A stretch of DNA of 64,000 nucleotides from assembly GCA_951406725.2 (NCBI GenBank), contig OX597833.1:8370001-8434000 (forward strand). Direction: 5' to 3'. Each line of letters starts with the position of its first letter. The first letter of the stretch is position 1. Position numbers and translations under genes: made by a program. The stretch is from Octopus vulgaris. Lineage: Eukaryota. Under the pieces are notes generated by a model. That model searched no databases, had not been told where the DNA came from, and saw nothing but the letters and a program-made list of their open reading frames with translations. Of the stretch, positions 1 through 16,797 are shown in pieces.

Positions 1-99
1 TATTTATTGTGCTAATGTTGTTGTTGTTGTTGTTGTTGTCGCTGTTACTATTGCTGCTGCAGCTGTTGTTGTTTTTGTTATTGTTGTTGTATTTACTTG

Positions 100-225
100 A
101 TGGATCTCCGTCGGTTTCGACGGTGAGTACCCCCACCTGCTCAACCCACCGAGCCGCCTATTGGTTAAATTAACGTATAAGTGCCCGTGTACACCGCAGA
201 CACGTATACCCCTAACGTACTCCTC
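100..225 (-). mobile_element. Diverged 3' fragment related to the 17716-18100 SINE
   Basis: Reverse complement aligns with 17975-18095 (acgttagggg..acgtgtctg..acgttaattt..accgacggag). Confidence 0.6.
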
Positions 226-1039
226 CTCCAGCCCAACCAACGTGACGCAGTCTATGGCAAAGATGACCGATTAAATCACTGGTACAATTCATTTGGTTTC
301 ACAGAGCAATGTGGTTGAGTATCTCACAGCCGCATGCACCTTTAACATGGACATAATCAGCGTGGCAAGCTTTGGTCTTGTGAATTACTGTAAAATCCAT
401 CCGAAAGGCTTCCGTACAGTTTCTTCTACTGCAGCCTCAGACCAACCTGTATTTAGTGAGTGAATCTAGTTGTCGGAAACTGCGTAAAAAGCCGTAGTAT
501 ATGTGTGTATGTGTATCGTTTTGTGCTTATTCTTGTTTTGCTTGACAGCCGGGGTTGGTTTATTTGTGTCCCCGTAGTCATGTGTTACGGCAAAAGAAAC
601 CGATAGAGTAAGTACCAGACTTTAAAATAAGTACTGGAGGCGAATTATTTGATTAGACCTTTCCAGGCGGTGCCCCAGCATGGCCGCAGTGCAATGACTA
701 AAGCAAAAGATAAAAGATGGCTTCAACGGCATTCAGACAAATTAACACGTGACTAATAGCGTGGAATTTGAACTGTCAAAAACTCTTGAGGATAAATAAA
801 AGCTACAAAAATTGGGCAACCATACAAAAAAGAGAGAGAGAGAAGCCATTTCTATTTCGCTTCCTGTCGATGAGGCTGTGAAAGTCTGGAAACGATAAAA
901 ATGGATCTAGAAGCATTATTGCACCCAACTAACTGCAAAAAAAAGCTAAGTAGAAAATATATATATATATATATATCAGAGAGTGGTGGTGCCCCAGCAT
1001 GGCCGCGGCCTTCGGGCTAATACATTTTTAAGGATTTAA

Positions 1040-1106
<67 letters not shown>

Positions 1107-1634
1107 AGTGAAAGACAATTCACCTGACCCCAATGTTGCAAAAAGAATGGATTCGTCTAAAGACATCTACTTAGACACCAAATTGTTGTGTTAAACCAAG
1201 CAAAGAGTTAAATATATATGTCTACGTATACAGGCAAGCGCATACATACACACACACATACATACATACATACATACATATATACAAACAAACACACACA
1301 CGCACATCTGTCTGATGCGTGAAATATCGTCTCGAGCGGACGCAACACGATCTTCTCTCTACCTTTGGTATCGAGTACACTTTCACCTTCTCATTTACAT
1401 GCACGTGTTTGCATATACGCACACATATCCACATGCATATGCACATAGACACATACACTTGTACACATGTACGTACATATACATAAATACATGTGTGTAT
1501 ACATACACACACACACACATATATATATATTATATGTGATATACATACATGCATACATACATATGTGTATGTGTGTATATATCTGTATGTGTATATCACC
1601 ATTTGCACACTTGCGCGTAAAGGAGAAACGGGTG

Positions 1635-2446
<812 letters not shown>

Positions 2447-3902
2447 TTATGTATGTTTGTATTTAGTAGCATGAAGGACAAATAATGGATGCTGTGAAAT
2501 CTCATATACACCTGTATGTAGGTATGAGAGAGAGAGAGAGGGAAGAAAGAGAGAAAGAGTATTAAGAACATGGTGCTGCAGCTTTCCAAACTTGTTTGCC
2601 GTCTTTCTAACTGTGTCGTTGCCCCATATTTGTAAATTCTTTGCCTCTGTTTATGTAAACAGACGATCTCAAGTGCGTTTCCTCCATGTTTCAATCCAAC
2701 CGTTTCAACCCAGTTGTCTGTTATTTCTAGAAACTACGTGGTTTTGTAGCCATGTGGTCATTAGTAATATCTAATTTTTGTGACTAATTAACAGAATCGT
2801 TAGGGTTGGATAAAAATAATGGCCCTCAAAATTTGTTTCGACTCATTGAGTTGAAATGCTTCAGCAATCAACTTTACTTTTTATCCTTTCCGGACTCAAG
2901 AGAAAAAAACTTTGTCCCAGCTCAACAATTGTCAGGGATACAGGCGAGATGCCTTTTGCTATCGGTTCTGACTCGGTATTTTGAGTTCAAATCCCCGTGT
3001 CATTGTACAATGATGACGTTTCTCTCCGGAGTTGCGGCCGGCAGATTATATCAGTAGTTTGGGGAAATACAATGGAAACGTAGTTACTTTGGTTTGATCA
3101 GGAAAGCAACCAACAGCCACGAACACCAACACCACCACCGCCACCAATATCTTCACTACCAAGACTACCATCACCACCACCGGATGCGATAGTATAGAAA
3201 ATATAGAAGATAATAATAATAATAATAATAAAGTATTGTGCAAAATTACCTTGTTTGATTGAAATATTAACCTTTCTTGTTTTTCTTTTTTGAGACGCGT
3301 TTGTAAACCACCATTCGTCGAGGGCACTGAATTACATAAGACTGAGAATCAGTGAAGACAATATATACAACACAACCAGATAGACTAGACAATGAGCCAG
3401 ACGATAATATAGCAGACGATAATACAACCAGACGACACCACCAGCAGACGATAATAGAATCAGACGACACGACCAGCAGACGATAATACCATTAGACGAT
3501 AAAACTAATGGACGATAATACGACCAAGCAATGATAACATCAGACAGAAATACAATAAGACGATGAATTTGTTTGATTCTCAACAGACAGAAAAATATTT
3601 TCAAAAGAATTGACATAACGATGTCATTTAACCCAAGACATTCGCTTTTTTAGAACAATTTTTCTCCCTATTTGGCATTTGAACAAGTCAACAAGCCATT
3701 GTTATTTCTAGTTCTGTTATTTACCAATTTCAAGTTTGATCGATATTATTGATATATTTTCTTCTGAAAACAGTTTTGACAGACAGAGACAGGTTGATGG
3801 TTTGAAAACGAAATAGCAATTCGCGAAAACATGTACATTATTCATAGGTGTTGCTGATTAATATTATTATTATTAAATCCCACAAAGATCAACTTTGCCT
3901 CT

Positions 3903-4478
<576 letters not shown>

Positions 4479-6036
4479 ATCCAAACAAGAAAACACAGAA
4501 AAAAACACAGCAACGCGCGAGGACGTGGAACAATTAAAGTATTATTTGACGCTCATATATATGTATGCATGTATGATGACCTTGCTGGCCGAAACTTGAA
4601 ACTCACTAAAAATAATATTCTTGTTTATGAATAATAAATTTGTTCTCTACAAAAGTATAGAGTAACCCATCAGATTAATGTGCAATTGTTTTTTTATTAG
4701 CTGAAGATCAATACCGAAGGATCGCTTTATTCCGTTGTGTACCACCTCATATGTGTCGTATTTTGTGGTTTGTCTAGTTACTAGGTCATCGTTTTATTGT
4801 TGACAAATGAGGTGGGGGGACCCCCTCCCGTCAGGAGGATTAGCAAAGTCCGTTAAGGATCGAATATATTGTAGATGCATCATCATCTTGTTGTTGTTGT
4901 TGTTGTTGGGCAAATATGGTTTTTCTTTAAGTTTTCCTGTTTTCTTTGCTGCCTTCTGTGTTGTAAAAGTTGTGGAGGAGTGACATACGGAAAATTTGTA
5001 TGAGGTGGGTGTATGTGTGTGTTTTGTGTGTATGTGTGTGTGTCTGTTTATGTGTGTGTGTCTGTTTATGTGTGTGTTTGTGCGTTATGTATGTTTATGT
5101 TGTTGATGTTTGTGTTTGTATGAGGTATGTTTATAAGTCGTGTGTGTGTGTGTCTATATATATATATGTGTGTGGTATGTTTATGCTATTGTGTGTGTGT
5201 GTGTGTGTGTGTGTGTGGTATGTTGCTGCATGTCTTGGGCTGTTGTCGTCTGGTAGAATGTCCGGTCGTCTGTTCTTGTGAACAAAGGGAGACGCTGGAT
5301 CTTTTGGGTTCTGCTTTAATCGGGTTGTTTGAAAACCAGATTTCTCTGTTGTTTATGTGGGAGTGGAGCAGTTGAACAACAGTGTCTGGGGTACATTGTG
5401 AGAACTTGAGTACGGGGTGATGTCATCTGTGTACCAGGTGATCCGTACGTTTTGCGCAGGTGTAAGAAGGACTTAAAGTAGATTAATGAACGTGGGAAGA
5501 TGACAAATGTTTGTCGTTTCCCCATTCCAGAAATTACAAGTTTTAAAAGTGTTTTGTGCACTATTTAGGCTTGGCATCCTATCTGTCGTTTTCTCCAGTC
5601 AATGTTATTATTTAGGTCCTACGGTGGGGTGGGGGTGGGGGTAATCGGTTGTTGTTGTTGTTGTTGTTGTTGTGGTGGTGGTGGTGGTGGTGGTGGTGGT
5701 GAAGATGATAGGAAGGGGGTTCATTTAAACTAGACTTCAGCAGCCTACTATTTGTCACATACATTCCGATTGATCGATCTATATATATATATATATATAT
5801 TAAGCTAAAACAGTGCAAGTCATAATAATTAGAAATAAAGATCGATGGTTGTTACTATTGCAGGGTATTTCAGTATTCCAGCGTTAGGAGCCATTCTTCA
5901 GGAAGTCTATGGACTAAAGGCTGCCTTCGACTTTTTTCTGTGGAAAGGGTTTTTTCATATACACTTCCAGTTTCAATGTTCCAAAAGAGACACACGCGCA
6001 CATACACACATCTCTCCCTCTCTCTTTATTTCTCTA

Positions 6037-6116
<80 letters not shown>

Positions 6117-7363
6117 CGTGTGTATAAATGTTTGTTTTATATTCAGTTTATAATAAAAACAATTTTACATTAATCTGAAGGGTTACCGATACTTTTGTAG
6201 AGTACAAATTTATTATTCTTGAACAAGAATGCTGTTGCCAGTGACTTCGAAGCTTTAGCCAGTTAACCCATCGTCGGACAGTGACTGCTTAGTTGTTCGA
6301 AATTTCTAAGTCAATGTTAAACACACACACACACACACACACACGCAGTGGGACTGAAACCGAAACCATGTGGCTGGGAAGCTTAGCCAATAGGACATCC
6401 CTCTCGTTAGGTGTCAATTAGACATCACACTGATTTCGACACCTTGATATTATGACTCCCTCCAGTCTTTTCACCCAGTATTGATGCTCTCAGATAATGC
6501 TTGGCTCCCTCCTTCGTCATCTATGCAGCCACCACACCAAATTAAGTCTAACTGGAACCACTCCAAACCAATTCCAACTACTTTACTCAAATACTACGCG
6601 AGGGTTTGTTCTATGTCGTCAGTTTTAGCCTCCTCAAATTCGTCAGCCAATTTCATGATGAAACATCTTTTTTCTTCTCTTCATTTCATGAGTCATCTCT
6701 CTGTTGTTCTTCCTTAAGTCCAATGTCAGCAAAGTTAGGCAAATATTTGAACGTCGTAATGGTGTCGAAACACCTACAGCCGTACTTATGTCTGTGAAGA
6801 GGGGTATTTGTACATGGGGGGGGCTGGCTTTGTGCATTGTGTGCGTGTTTGTATGTGTGTGTGTGTGTGTGTAAATTTGAGTGTGTGCGATTGCTTGAAT
6901 TTGTAAGTAAATAGAAAACATGTATAAAGAGAGGGGGAGTAAAGGTAAAAGAGGAGGGGAGAGGATAAGAGGAAAGGAAGAAGTGATGAAAAGAAGGAGG
7001 CAAGAAAAAGAAAAGGATAAAAAGGGAGACTGAGACAGAGACAGAAGGGGAGTGAGAATAGAGAAACGAAGAGAGAGAGAGGGGGAGGGAGAAAAAGGAA
7101 CAGGAAGAGGAAGAAAGAGGTGGAGAGGGAAAGACAGACACAAATAGTGGGGGAGAGAGTGGGAAAAGAGGCCGATCGACAGATAGATAGGAAAGAGAGG
7201 GAGAGAGAGGAAGAGAAAGAGAGAGAAAGGAAGAGGAAGAGAGAGGGAGAGAAAGAGGATGAGAAAGGGAGTAGGGAGAGTGAGAGGAAGAGAGAGAGAG
7301 TAAAAGGGAGATAAGGCAAGAGAAAGAGAGTGAATGTCAGAATGTCAGATAGTGGTGGATCGA

Positions 7364-7800
<437 letters not shown>

Positions 7801-8185
7801 GTTTAGATTAATATAAGTAAAATATCGCCTGAAAAGAAACAAAAATGGAGACCTTTAATGAAGAAAGGAAACAAAATACAATAAAATAGATCAAAAGCAG
7901 ACGATACCAAAATGTCGTCGCTATGGTTTCACCTTTTTGTTTTTAGTTTTGTGTCACTTTTTTATTCTAATGAAATATTATTTTTGTCTGATGAATCATA
8001 AAGTGTCAGTTGGTGTTGATAATAATTATTGATGACCAGCAGACCATAACTGGACATTGCAGCGATCGTTGGGCGGTCTTAACACACAATGCTGACCACT
8101 ACTAACACATAACTTGACACAAAACACATTCTGGTCAACGGAACATTAACAGAAAAGGGTAGGAGGCCAGTAGGGGGTATTGTAC

Positions 8186-8217
<32 letters not shown>

Positions 8218-8949
8218 GGTGGTGGTGGTGTTACTGTTGCTGCTGTTGTTGTTGTTGTTGTACTGAAGTCGATGTTATCAATAGGCCCCATCCCCTCAAA
8301 ATTGCTACCCTTCAGTCTAAACCAGAAGGACTGTTAAATGCCAGAAAAAAAGAAACAGATAGATCCATTCAATCGATTTCTTGTAACATCTCCCGCCTCA
8401 TTTTTGATAGCTATACCTGTGTGGCCGAATGGTTAAGAAGTTCACTTCGGAACCACGAGGTCCCGAGCTCGATTCCACAGTCTGGTATTGTTGGCAAATC
8501 CATTTTCTGTAAGCTTAGGTTATCCCACCCTCGCGCGTACGTGCATGTGTGTGTATGTTTGCCTGTATGGATAGGCTTCCATACAGTTTCTGTTTCCCAA
8601 ATTTACTGACGAGGCACTAGTCGGTCAGGGGCTACAGTAGAAGACACTTGCCCCCAATGTGCCGCCGCGCAGTGGGACTCAACTGGAAACCACTTAGTTG
8701 CAAAACAAAGCTTCTTAATTTAATCGGGAAACGGAAACTGTAAGAAGCCCATCTGGTAAGATTGTACATGTAATTCAAAGATCTCGCCTTGTCACACTGA
8801 GAATTTTGTTGTGTCCACAGATGCCTGTGAGCACTATCCAGCCGCTTCCACGATAATAATGGATGTACAATCAAGTGATGGCTTTGGAATGGTTTTTGTT
8901 GTTGCGTATCAGAACAGCCCATTGTTGTTTAGGCCAATACAATGTCTTG

Positions 8950-10021
8950 GAGCAATGGTGTTGTCGAGGTAGACTTTAACATAGAAAACCAAAATTTCTG
9001 AAAGACACAGTCACAAAAACAATTACAAGAAGTGATGCAGCTCCGTTGAGGAATAAGTCACAGCATTATCGGTTGGTCGATAGTGGAACCTGCCATATTT
9101 TGTTGACAAGAACAGCTGAACTTAATCAGGTTCCGCTAAAAAGTGTATGACATTTATGATTTATCGACAAATGAAAAGAAATTAAATTTAAACCGTCTCT
9201 AGTAACATGGGAACTGACATTTAGATTAATAACTGGAGTATATCCAGCCATGTTTTTATCTATTTTTACACTTGGAAACATAAGTGCAGTTTCTATGAAA
9301 CATTTTAGTTGCGAAAGCACTTATGCAAGTTGCCTGATTATGGAAAGTTCTATGGTGTGCAACCCCATCCAAAGATAAGACATACGTTTATCAATATTGG
9401 ATACTAGATTTTTTAAGATTATACGATGGTATTTCGAATTCTTACTTTTTTTTAATCTTTCGTTTGTTTTTTTCTATAAGGGTAGGATTTATTTGTCAGT
9501 AAACTTCAAGCAGCTTCCAAAATTCCAATCAAGTTTGATCTCTGTCGACCATAAAATATATCTGGTTTGTGACTGTTCGTGGTATGCGAAACTAGGAGAC
9601 CAACATCTCTGTATAAAACCGAAAATCATTTATGATGGAAATCCTAAATGTAATTTTAATAATTTTGTATAATTCATGCCAATCATGCGACCCCCAGAGA
9701 GACATAAAAAAACTCACTTTTGTCTTTTTAAACCTAGAATTAGTCGTCAAAGAACAGAATAGATTATCTTCCTTGCTTAATGGTCCTTCGCTAATTGGTG
9801 GAATATTCCAGATGAAAGTTAAGGCTTATATAAATAAAAGATGTTTAGTTGTAGAACAATAATATATGGCTGTGTGGTAAGTAGCTTGCTTACCAACCAC
9901 ATGGTTCCGGGTTCAGTCCCATTGCGTGGCACCTTGGACAAGTGTCTTCTACTATAGCCTCGGGCCGACCAAAGCCTTGTGAGTGGATTTGGTAGACGGA
10001 AACTGAAAGAAGCCTGTCGTA

Positions 10022-10098
<77 letters not shown>

Positions 10099-10700
10099 AT
10101 ATGTTTGTGTGTCTGTGTTTGTCGCCGATAGAGTTGATGTCTGTTATTATGGATCCTATATCATTCTCTGATGGAAGAGAATAAGTATTTTGTGTCCAAG
10201 TACGATAGAATCTAGAATGTGCTACTTTAGCAGGTTTAATTAATCTGTATTTACGATTATCTACGAAATTAACTTTGCGATCTTTAAATATAATAAATGA
10301 TTCCCATAAATACAAACATTAAATTATCGTTATTTTAAGTTAAGTGCCAATATTGATGGTTTCAAGGTTTATGGAATAATATTTACTAATGTTTCTAATT
10401 TTGTGGCGCCGTCTATGCTGTCAAAAGGTTTGTCTTGTCCGATGACATCCGAATGTCTTTTAGAATATCGAAATGCTGCTTCGTTCTTATTTGAAAAGCT
10501 TCGAATGTTGTTCCCTAAATTTAACAGTTTTTATCAAATTAAAAACGCCTTTTCTGCCTCCGAAGTCGTATTAACGTCCAAGTAGTTTTTTCCCATTTAC
10601 AATTTACCGAACAGAGCGATAGATATATCGTCAGCCTATAATATTACTTTGTAACATTCTGCCAATCAACCAGTGTGTGTCGTGCAATTCAAAATGCTTG
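8950..10700 (-). pseudogene. Decayed Penelope-like element (PLE) reverse transcriptase and linker, interrupted by a SINE
   Basis: Ordered minus-strand motif remnants: FKDRKVNFVDNRKYRLIKPAK (~10290-10225), YVSLGSHDWHEL (~9705-9670), LYRDVGL (~9616-9596), IKFSCSCQQNMA (~9128-9093), CNC (~9025). These resemble PLE motifs LKDHK..RLINPAK, FDVTMGSYDGAE, LYRDDGL, VKISYSCMPNM and the Cys linker. Stops and frameshifts are present. Confidence 0.7.
9867..10123 (+). mobile_element. tRNA-derived SINE family A (with internal microsatellite), 3'-truncated
   Basis: tggctgtgtggtaag...gggttcagtccc...ggtagacggaaactgaaagaagcctgtcg(TA)n; repeated many times in the window. Confidence 0.85.
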
Positions 10701-11624
10701 GTGTACTCTATGTTCTATTTTTCATAATCGTCCGAAGATCGGCAACGAAAAACACACACCAGCGAATTGTGAAGTTTCGGCTTCCGATAAATTATATAGT
10801 AGTAGTAGTAGTAGTAGTAGTTAAGGTGGATTACAGGGTCCTCTGGGCGCCAATAACATGATTAGCAGCATTTCTTTATGTTCTGAGTTGAAATTCCACC
10901 GTGGCCGACATCCCTTTGGGAATCGATAAAATAATTACCAGTTGAACACTGCGATTGATATAATCGACCATCCTCTTCGCTGAAATTACTGGCCTTGTGC
11001 CAAAATTTGAAATCATCATCATCATCATCATCGTTGTTGTCATCATCATCATCATCATCATTATTAGCTGGAAGAGTCGTTAGAATGTCTTGCAGTATCG
11101 AATTACGGGTGTTTTTTTTTTACATTTTTGCATTCAGAGTTCAAATCCCGCCAAGGGATCTTTCATTCCTCTAGACCTCTAGACTAGAGTCGATAAAATA
11201 CTGTACCAGTCATTTACTGGTGTCAAGATAACCAAATACATCCCCCTCCTCCAAACAAATGATTTAATTTTAGGAAAGTTGGGTATTCTTGATCAAATCC
11301 CTCTAAAATAATTCACATTCTTATCCTCCTCCTGGGTCCTCTGGATAAAAGAAACGGGGTCAAGTTCATTGACTTTATTTCCACACCAAACCCAAGAATT
11401 TGTTTTAATTAAGATTAGGAGTGAGCTGAGCTGATGGTATGGGTTCGATTCCTAGTCGGACAGTCAATTAGTTCGTTTTATTATTATTTGAGAAAGGCAT
11501 GCCGTTCACAACATATCACCTCTATGTCACACCTGAGTATAAGCCATTTGAGTCTTATCAACAGGACAGAAAGGAAGCTGATAGATTGAATAAAGAGAAA
11601 CAGCGGAAAAGGTGGGTGGTTAGT

Positions 11625-12792
<1,168 letters not shown>

Positions 12793-12950
12793 TTAAATTC
12801 AGAGCAAATAATTCACGAAAAATAATTTGCGAAGGTATCATTGACTCTATCATTATGTATTTTGGCGATTTAAATAAGAGTTTGACTGTTATTTCCAGCA
12901 GGTAGACATACTTAGTATGTATGTATGTAAGTAAAAATGAATGAATGAAT

Positions 12951-13105
12951 GTGGCTGTGTAGTAAGTAACTTGCTTACCAGCAACATGGTTCTGGGTTCA
13001 GTTCCACAGCGTGGCACCTTGGGCAAGTGTCTTCTACTATAGCCTTGGGCCGACCAAAGCCTTGTGAGTGGGCTTGGTAGACGGAAACTGAAGGGAAACC
13101 CGTCG

Positions 13106-13182
<77 letters not shown>

Positions 13183-13380
13183 ATGTGTGTGTGCATGTGT
13201 GTGTATATGTCTGTGTCTGTGTTTGTCGCTCCAACATCGCTTAACAATCGATGCTGGTGTATTTACGCTCCCGTAACTTAGCGTTTCGGCAAATTGAAGA
13301 CCGATAGAATAAGAAGTTCTAGGCTTACAAAGAATAAGTCCTGGGGTCGATTTGTTGAAACAAGTAACAGAATAGAAGAA
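12951..13380 (+). mobile_element. SINE family A
   Basis: Same head, body and tail as the other copies; internal (GT)n. Confidence 0.85.
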
Positions 13381-13387
13381 TAAAGGA

Positions 13388-13442
<55 letters not shown>

Positions 13443-14143
13443 TATACGTGCATATAAATGTGTAACATCTATACACACACAATACGCGCACACATACATA
13501 CGTTCAGACATACGCACACACATATATATGTGTGTGTGTATATATATATGTGATAAATAAAAATATATGCATACATACAAACATATATGTACGTACCTAC
13601 ATCTACATGTATATATATACACGCATATATAAATAATTATACGTGAGTACAGGACACCACAATAAGTCCATCTATAAATCCATTAAGACCAGTATTTATT
13701 GCTCTCTCTCTCTCTCTCCCTTCCTCCTCCCAACCCGCCTCCCTCTCTCTTCCTACCTCTGACCTATTCTCTGTCCACCCCTTCATCCACCCTTATTCTC
13801 TTGTGAAGCCTGTTGTGTCACTAAATATAGCTACACCCCGTTGTGTGTGTGTGTGTGTGTGTGTGTGTGAGTTTGGTTTTAAACGTTTTACAATCCGATA
13901 CGTTCGCCTCTTAAAAACCAAACACTTAGGACCCACACCCACACACACACACATACACATACACACACATACACACATACACATACATACACACATACAC
14001 ACACACATACACACACACGCATACGCACACGCATACGTACTCATATATTATACATGCATACATATGTATATGTGTGTGCATATATATATATTGTATTCAT
14101 GTGTGTATGTGTGTGTGAGTGTATATATACATGTGTCTATACG

Positions 14144-14197
<54 letters not shown>

Positions 14198-14295
14198 TAT
14201 ATATACATGTGCATATATATATACATTTATATATATATATATATACACATGTCTACACCTGTCTTCGTCTTTTTCTATAAATTGCAACTATGTGT

Positions 14296-14437
14296 GTGTG
14301 TGTGTATGGTGTGTGTGTGTATGGTGTGTGTGTGTATGGTGTGTGTGTGTATGGTGTGTGTGTGTATGGTGTGTGTGTGTATGGTGTGTGTGTGTATGGT
14401 GTGTGTGTGTATGGTGTGTGTGTGTATGGTGTGTGTA
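14296..14437. repeat. 15-bp tandem repeat (atggtgtgtgtgtgt), about 9 copies
   Basis: Exact 15-nt period. Confidence 0.95.
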
Positions 14438-14659
14438 TAAGACACATAATGTAGATGAGAAAGGAATAAGAAATTATGTAGTGAATTACATTGGCTTACA
14501 ACTGTTTCCGCTATGAATGCAATGCACGCATGATTGAGTGCTTGTGTATCACTGTATAGCTCCATACACACACACACACATATGTATGCGTGTCTGCGAC
14601 TGTGTGTGTGTGTGTGAATATGCATGTGTTTGTATGAATGTATTTATTTATGTATAAAT

Positions 14660-14717
14660 ATATGTATATGCGTATAGTATGTATGCATGTATGCATGTAT
14701 GTATGTATGTATGTATG

Positions 14718-14751
<34 letters not shown>

Positions 14752-14905
14752 TGTATGTATGTATGTATGTATGTATGTATGTATGTATATATGTATGTAT
14801 GTTTGTATGTATGTATGTATGTGTGTATGTATGTATGTATGTATGTGTGTATGTATGTATGTATATATGTATGTATGTATATATGTATATATGTATGTAT
14901 GTATG

Positions 14906-14939
<34 letters not shown>

Positions 14940-15238
14940 TGTTTGTATGTATGTATATATGTATGTATGTATGTATGTTTGTATGTATGTATGTATGTGT
15001 GTATGTATGTATGTATGTATGTGTGTATGTATGTATGTATGTATGTATGTATGTTTGTATGTATGTATATATGTATGTATGTATGTATGTTTGTATGTAT
15101 GTATGTATGTGTGTATGTATGTATGTATGTATGTATGTATGTATGTTTGTATGTTTGTATGTATGTGTGTATGTATGTATGTATATGTGTGTATGTATGT
15201 ATGTATGTATGTATGTATGTATGTATGTATGTATGTAT
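14660..15238. repeat. (ATGT)n array
   Basis: Direct inspection. Confidence 0.97.
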
Positions 15239-16152
15239 GAAACATCAGCTTACTCCTTACTGAACTCTACAGAATAACAAAATTCCCATATCAAACCAAA
15301 ATAAACCCCTTCACCATATGTTACTGTGGACAGACATCCAACAAAACACATATTTTCTTCTCCTGCTCTATCCCCACTCTCAGCTCAACTCCTTATCCCG
15401 TTCATCAACTCCACATCTAAATGTCGTTGCACAATACCACTGACCCAAAAGCAACCTGCCATAAAAACCAGGAAGAACCAAAGTTAACCTCAATCTGATG
15501 ATGGCGATTTGTTTGACAAATGTCCGTTATCGACCCCTTAGATTCCTACCTTGCTACTCTCACAAACAGATTCCTCTCTACGACAAAGAAGGCGGAGGCG
15601 AGGAGAAAGTGCAAACTATTTTAAGACAGTAGGGTTTTGTTGGAAAGAGATTTGGCTGCTGTTTTTAGCAGATTGTGATGTCTCCTTTGCCATGTCTTCT
15701 ATATCTGTAGGATACACAAGAATTTTTCGTCAAATGAATCGACTTCGGGACTTCATTCTTTAAGCCTGGTCTTCATTCTATCGGTCTTTTGCCGAGCCGC
15801 TAGGTTATAGGGACGTAAACACGCCAACACCGCTTGTCAAGGAGGTGTGAAGGACACAAAGACAGAAAGACATAAATAGGTTTTCAGCTTCAAGAAAAAA
15901 TACCCCACTTTACTTTTGATATTCGAGTAGGATTTTCTCCAACTTGTTTTGCGCCTATTATATGTTCGCTAGTATTTGTGTATGCATTGACATACACACA
16001 CACATACATACATATGTATGTATATTTAAGTATATATTTATATATATATATATATATATAAATTTAAATAATCAGAAACATATATACATATATACATATA
16101 TATGTATGTATGTGTGTGTATATGTATGTATGTATATATACATGTATGTATG

Positions 16153-16207
<55 letters not shown>

Positions 16208-16578
16208 CTTAATAATGATGAATGATTATGAACCTAACAAGTTGTAACAGGTCACACAATTAAGTTTTCTCCTCTTCATGTTTATGTCATACATAGACAC
16301 ATACACTCAAACATCCACCTCAACACACGGTCAAGTGTATGTAGGCACCCATACATAGTTACATGCCTGTATACCATCAACATCCATATATCTCTATATA
16401 TATACGCAAAGAGATGATAAAATAACAAAGAAGATATAGGTTGATATGGGCGAGCTAACTCCAGCCATAGCAGTTACCTATACTTCTCTCATCAGAGTTG
16501 AGGTATTCATATACCTTTATTAAAGCTGCAAAAATCTTCACAAACTGTTACTCAGAGTTTCACGTTCCCATTCGTCGT

Positions 16579-16617
<39 letters not shown>

Positions 16618-16707
16618 AAATGTGAAACAAGGTGGAAAAAAAGAGTACTCAAATACCAGTGGTAGAGTAATATGCTTTATTTAAAGCAGCAGAAAATTCA
16701 ACAAAAT

Positions 16708-16745
16708 CTGTTACTCTGAGTTTCTCGTTGCCGTTCATCAGACAG
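16708..16745 (-). ncRNA. Mirror-image hammerhead motif (left palindrome arm)
   Basis: Exact reverse complement of 16760-16797. Confidence 0.7.
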
Positions 16746-16759
16746 TTTTTGTTAGAAAA

Positions 16760-16797
16760 CTGTCTGATGAACGGCAACGAGAAACTCAGAGTAACAG
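16760..16797 (+). ncRNA. Minimal type-I hammerhead ribozyme motif (Penelope-type)
   Basis: ctgt-CTGATGA-acggcaacga-GAAA-ctcagag-TA-acag: stem I ctgt/acag, conserved core, short stem II (closing pair mismatched), tiny stem III, GUA cleavage triplet ending at 16793. Confidence 0.7.

Noticed and set aside
6238-6296. Additional hammerhead-like motif on the minus strand (CCGACGA...TAAA gcttcgaag TC)
   Set aside because: Both core boxes are altered and the stems are imperfect, so it is too degenerate to call. The same applies to motifs near 4575, 23220 and 54285.
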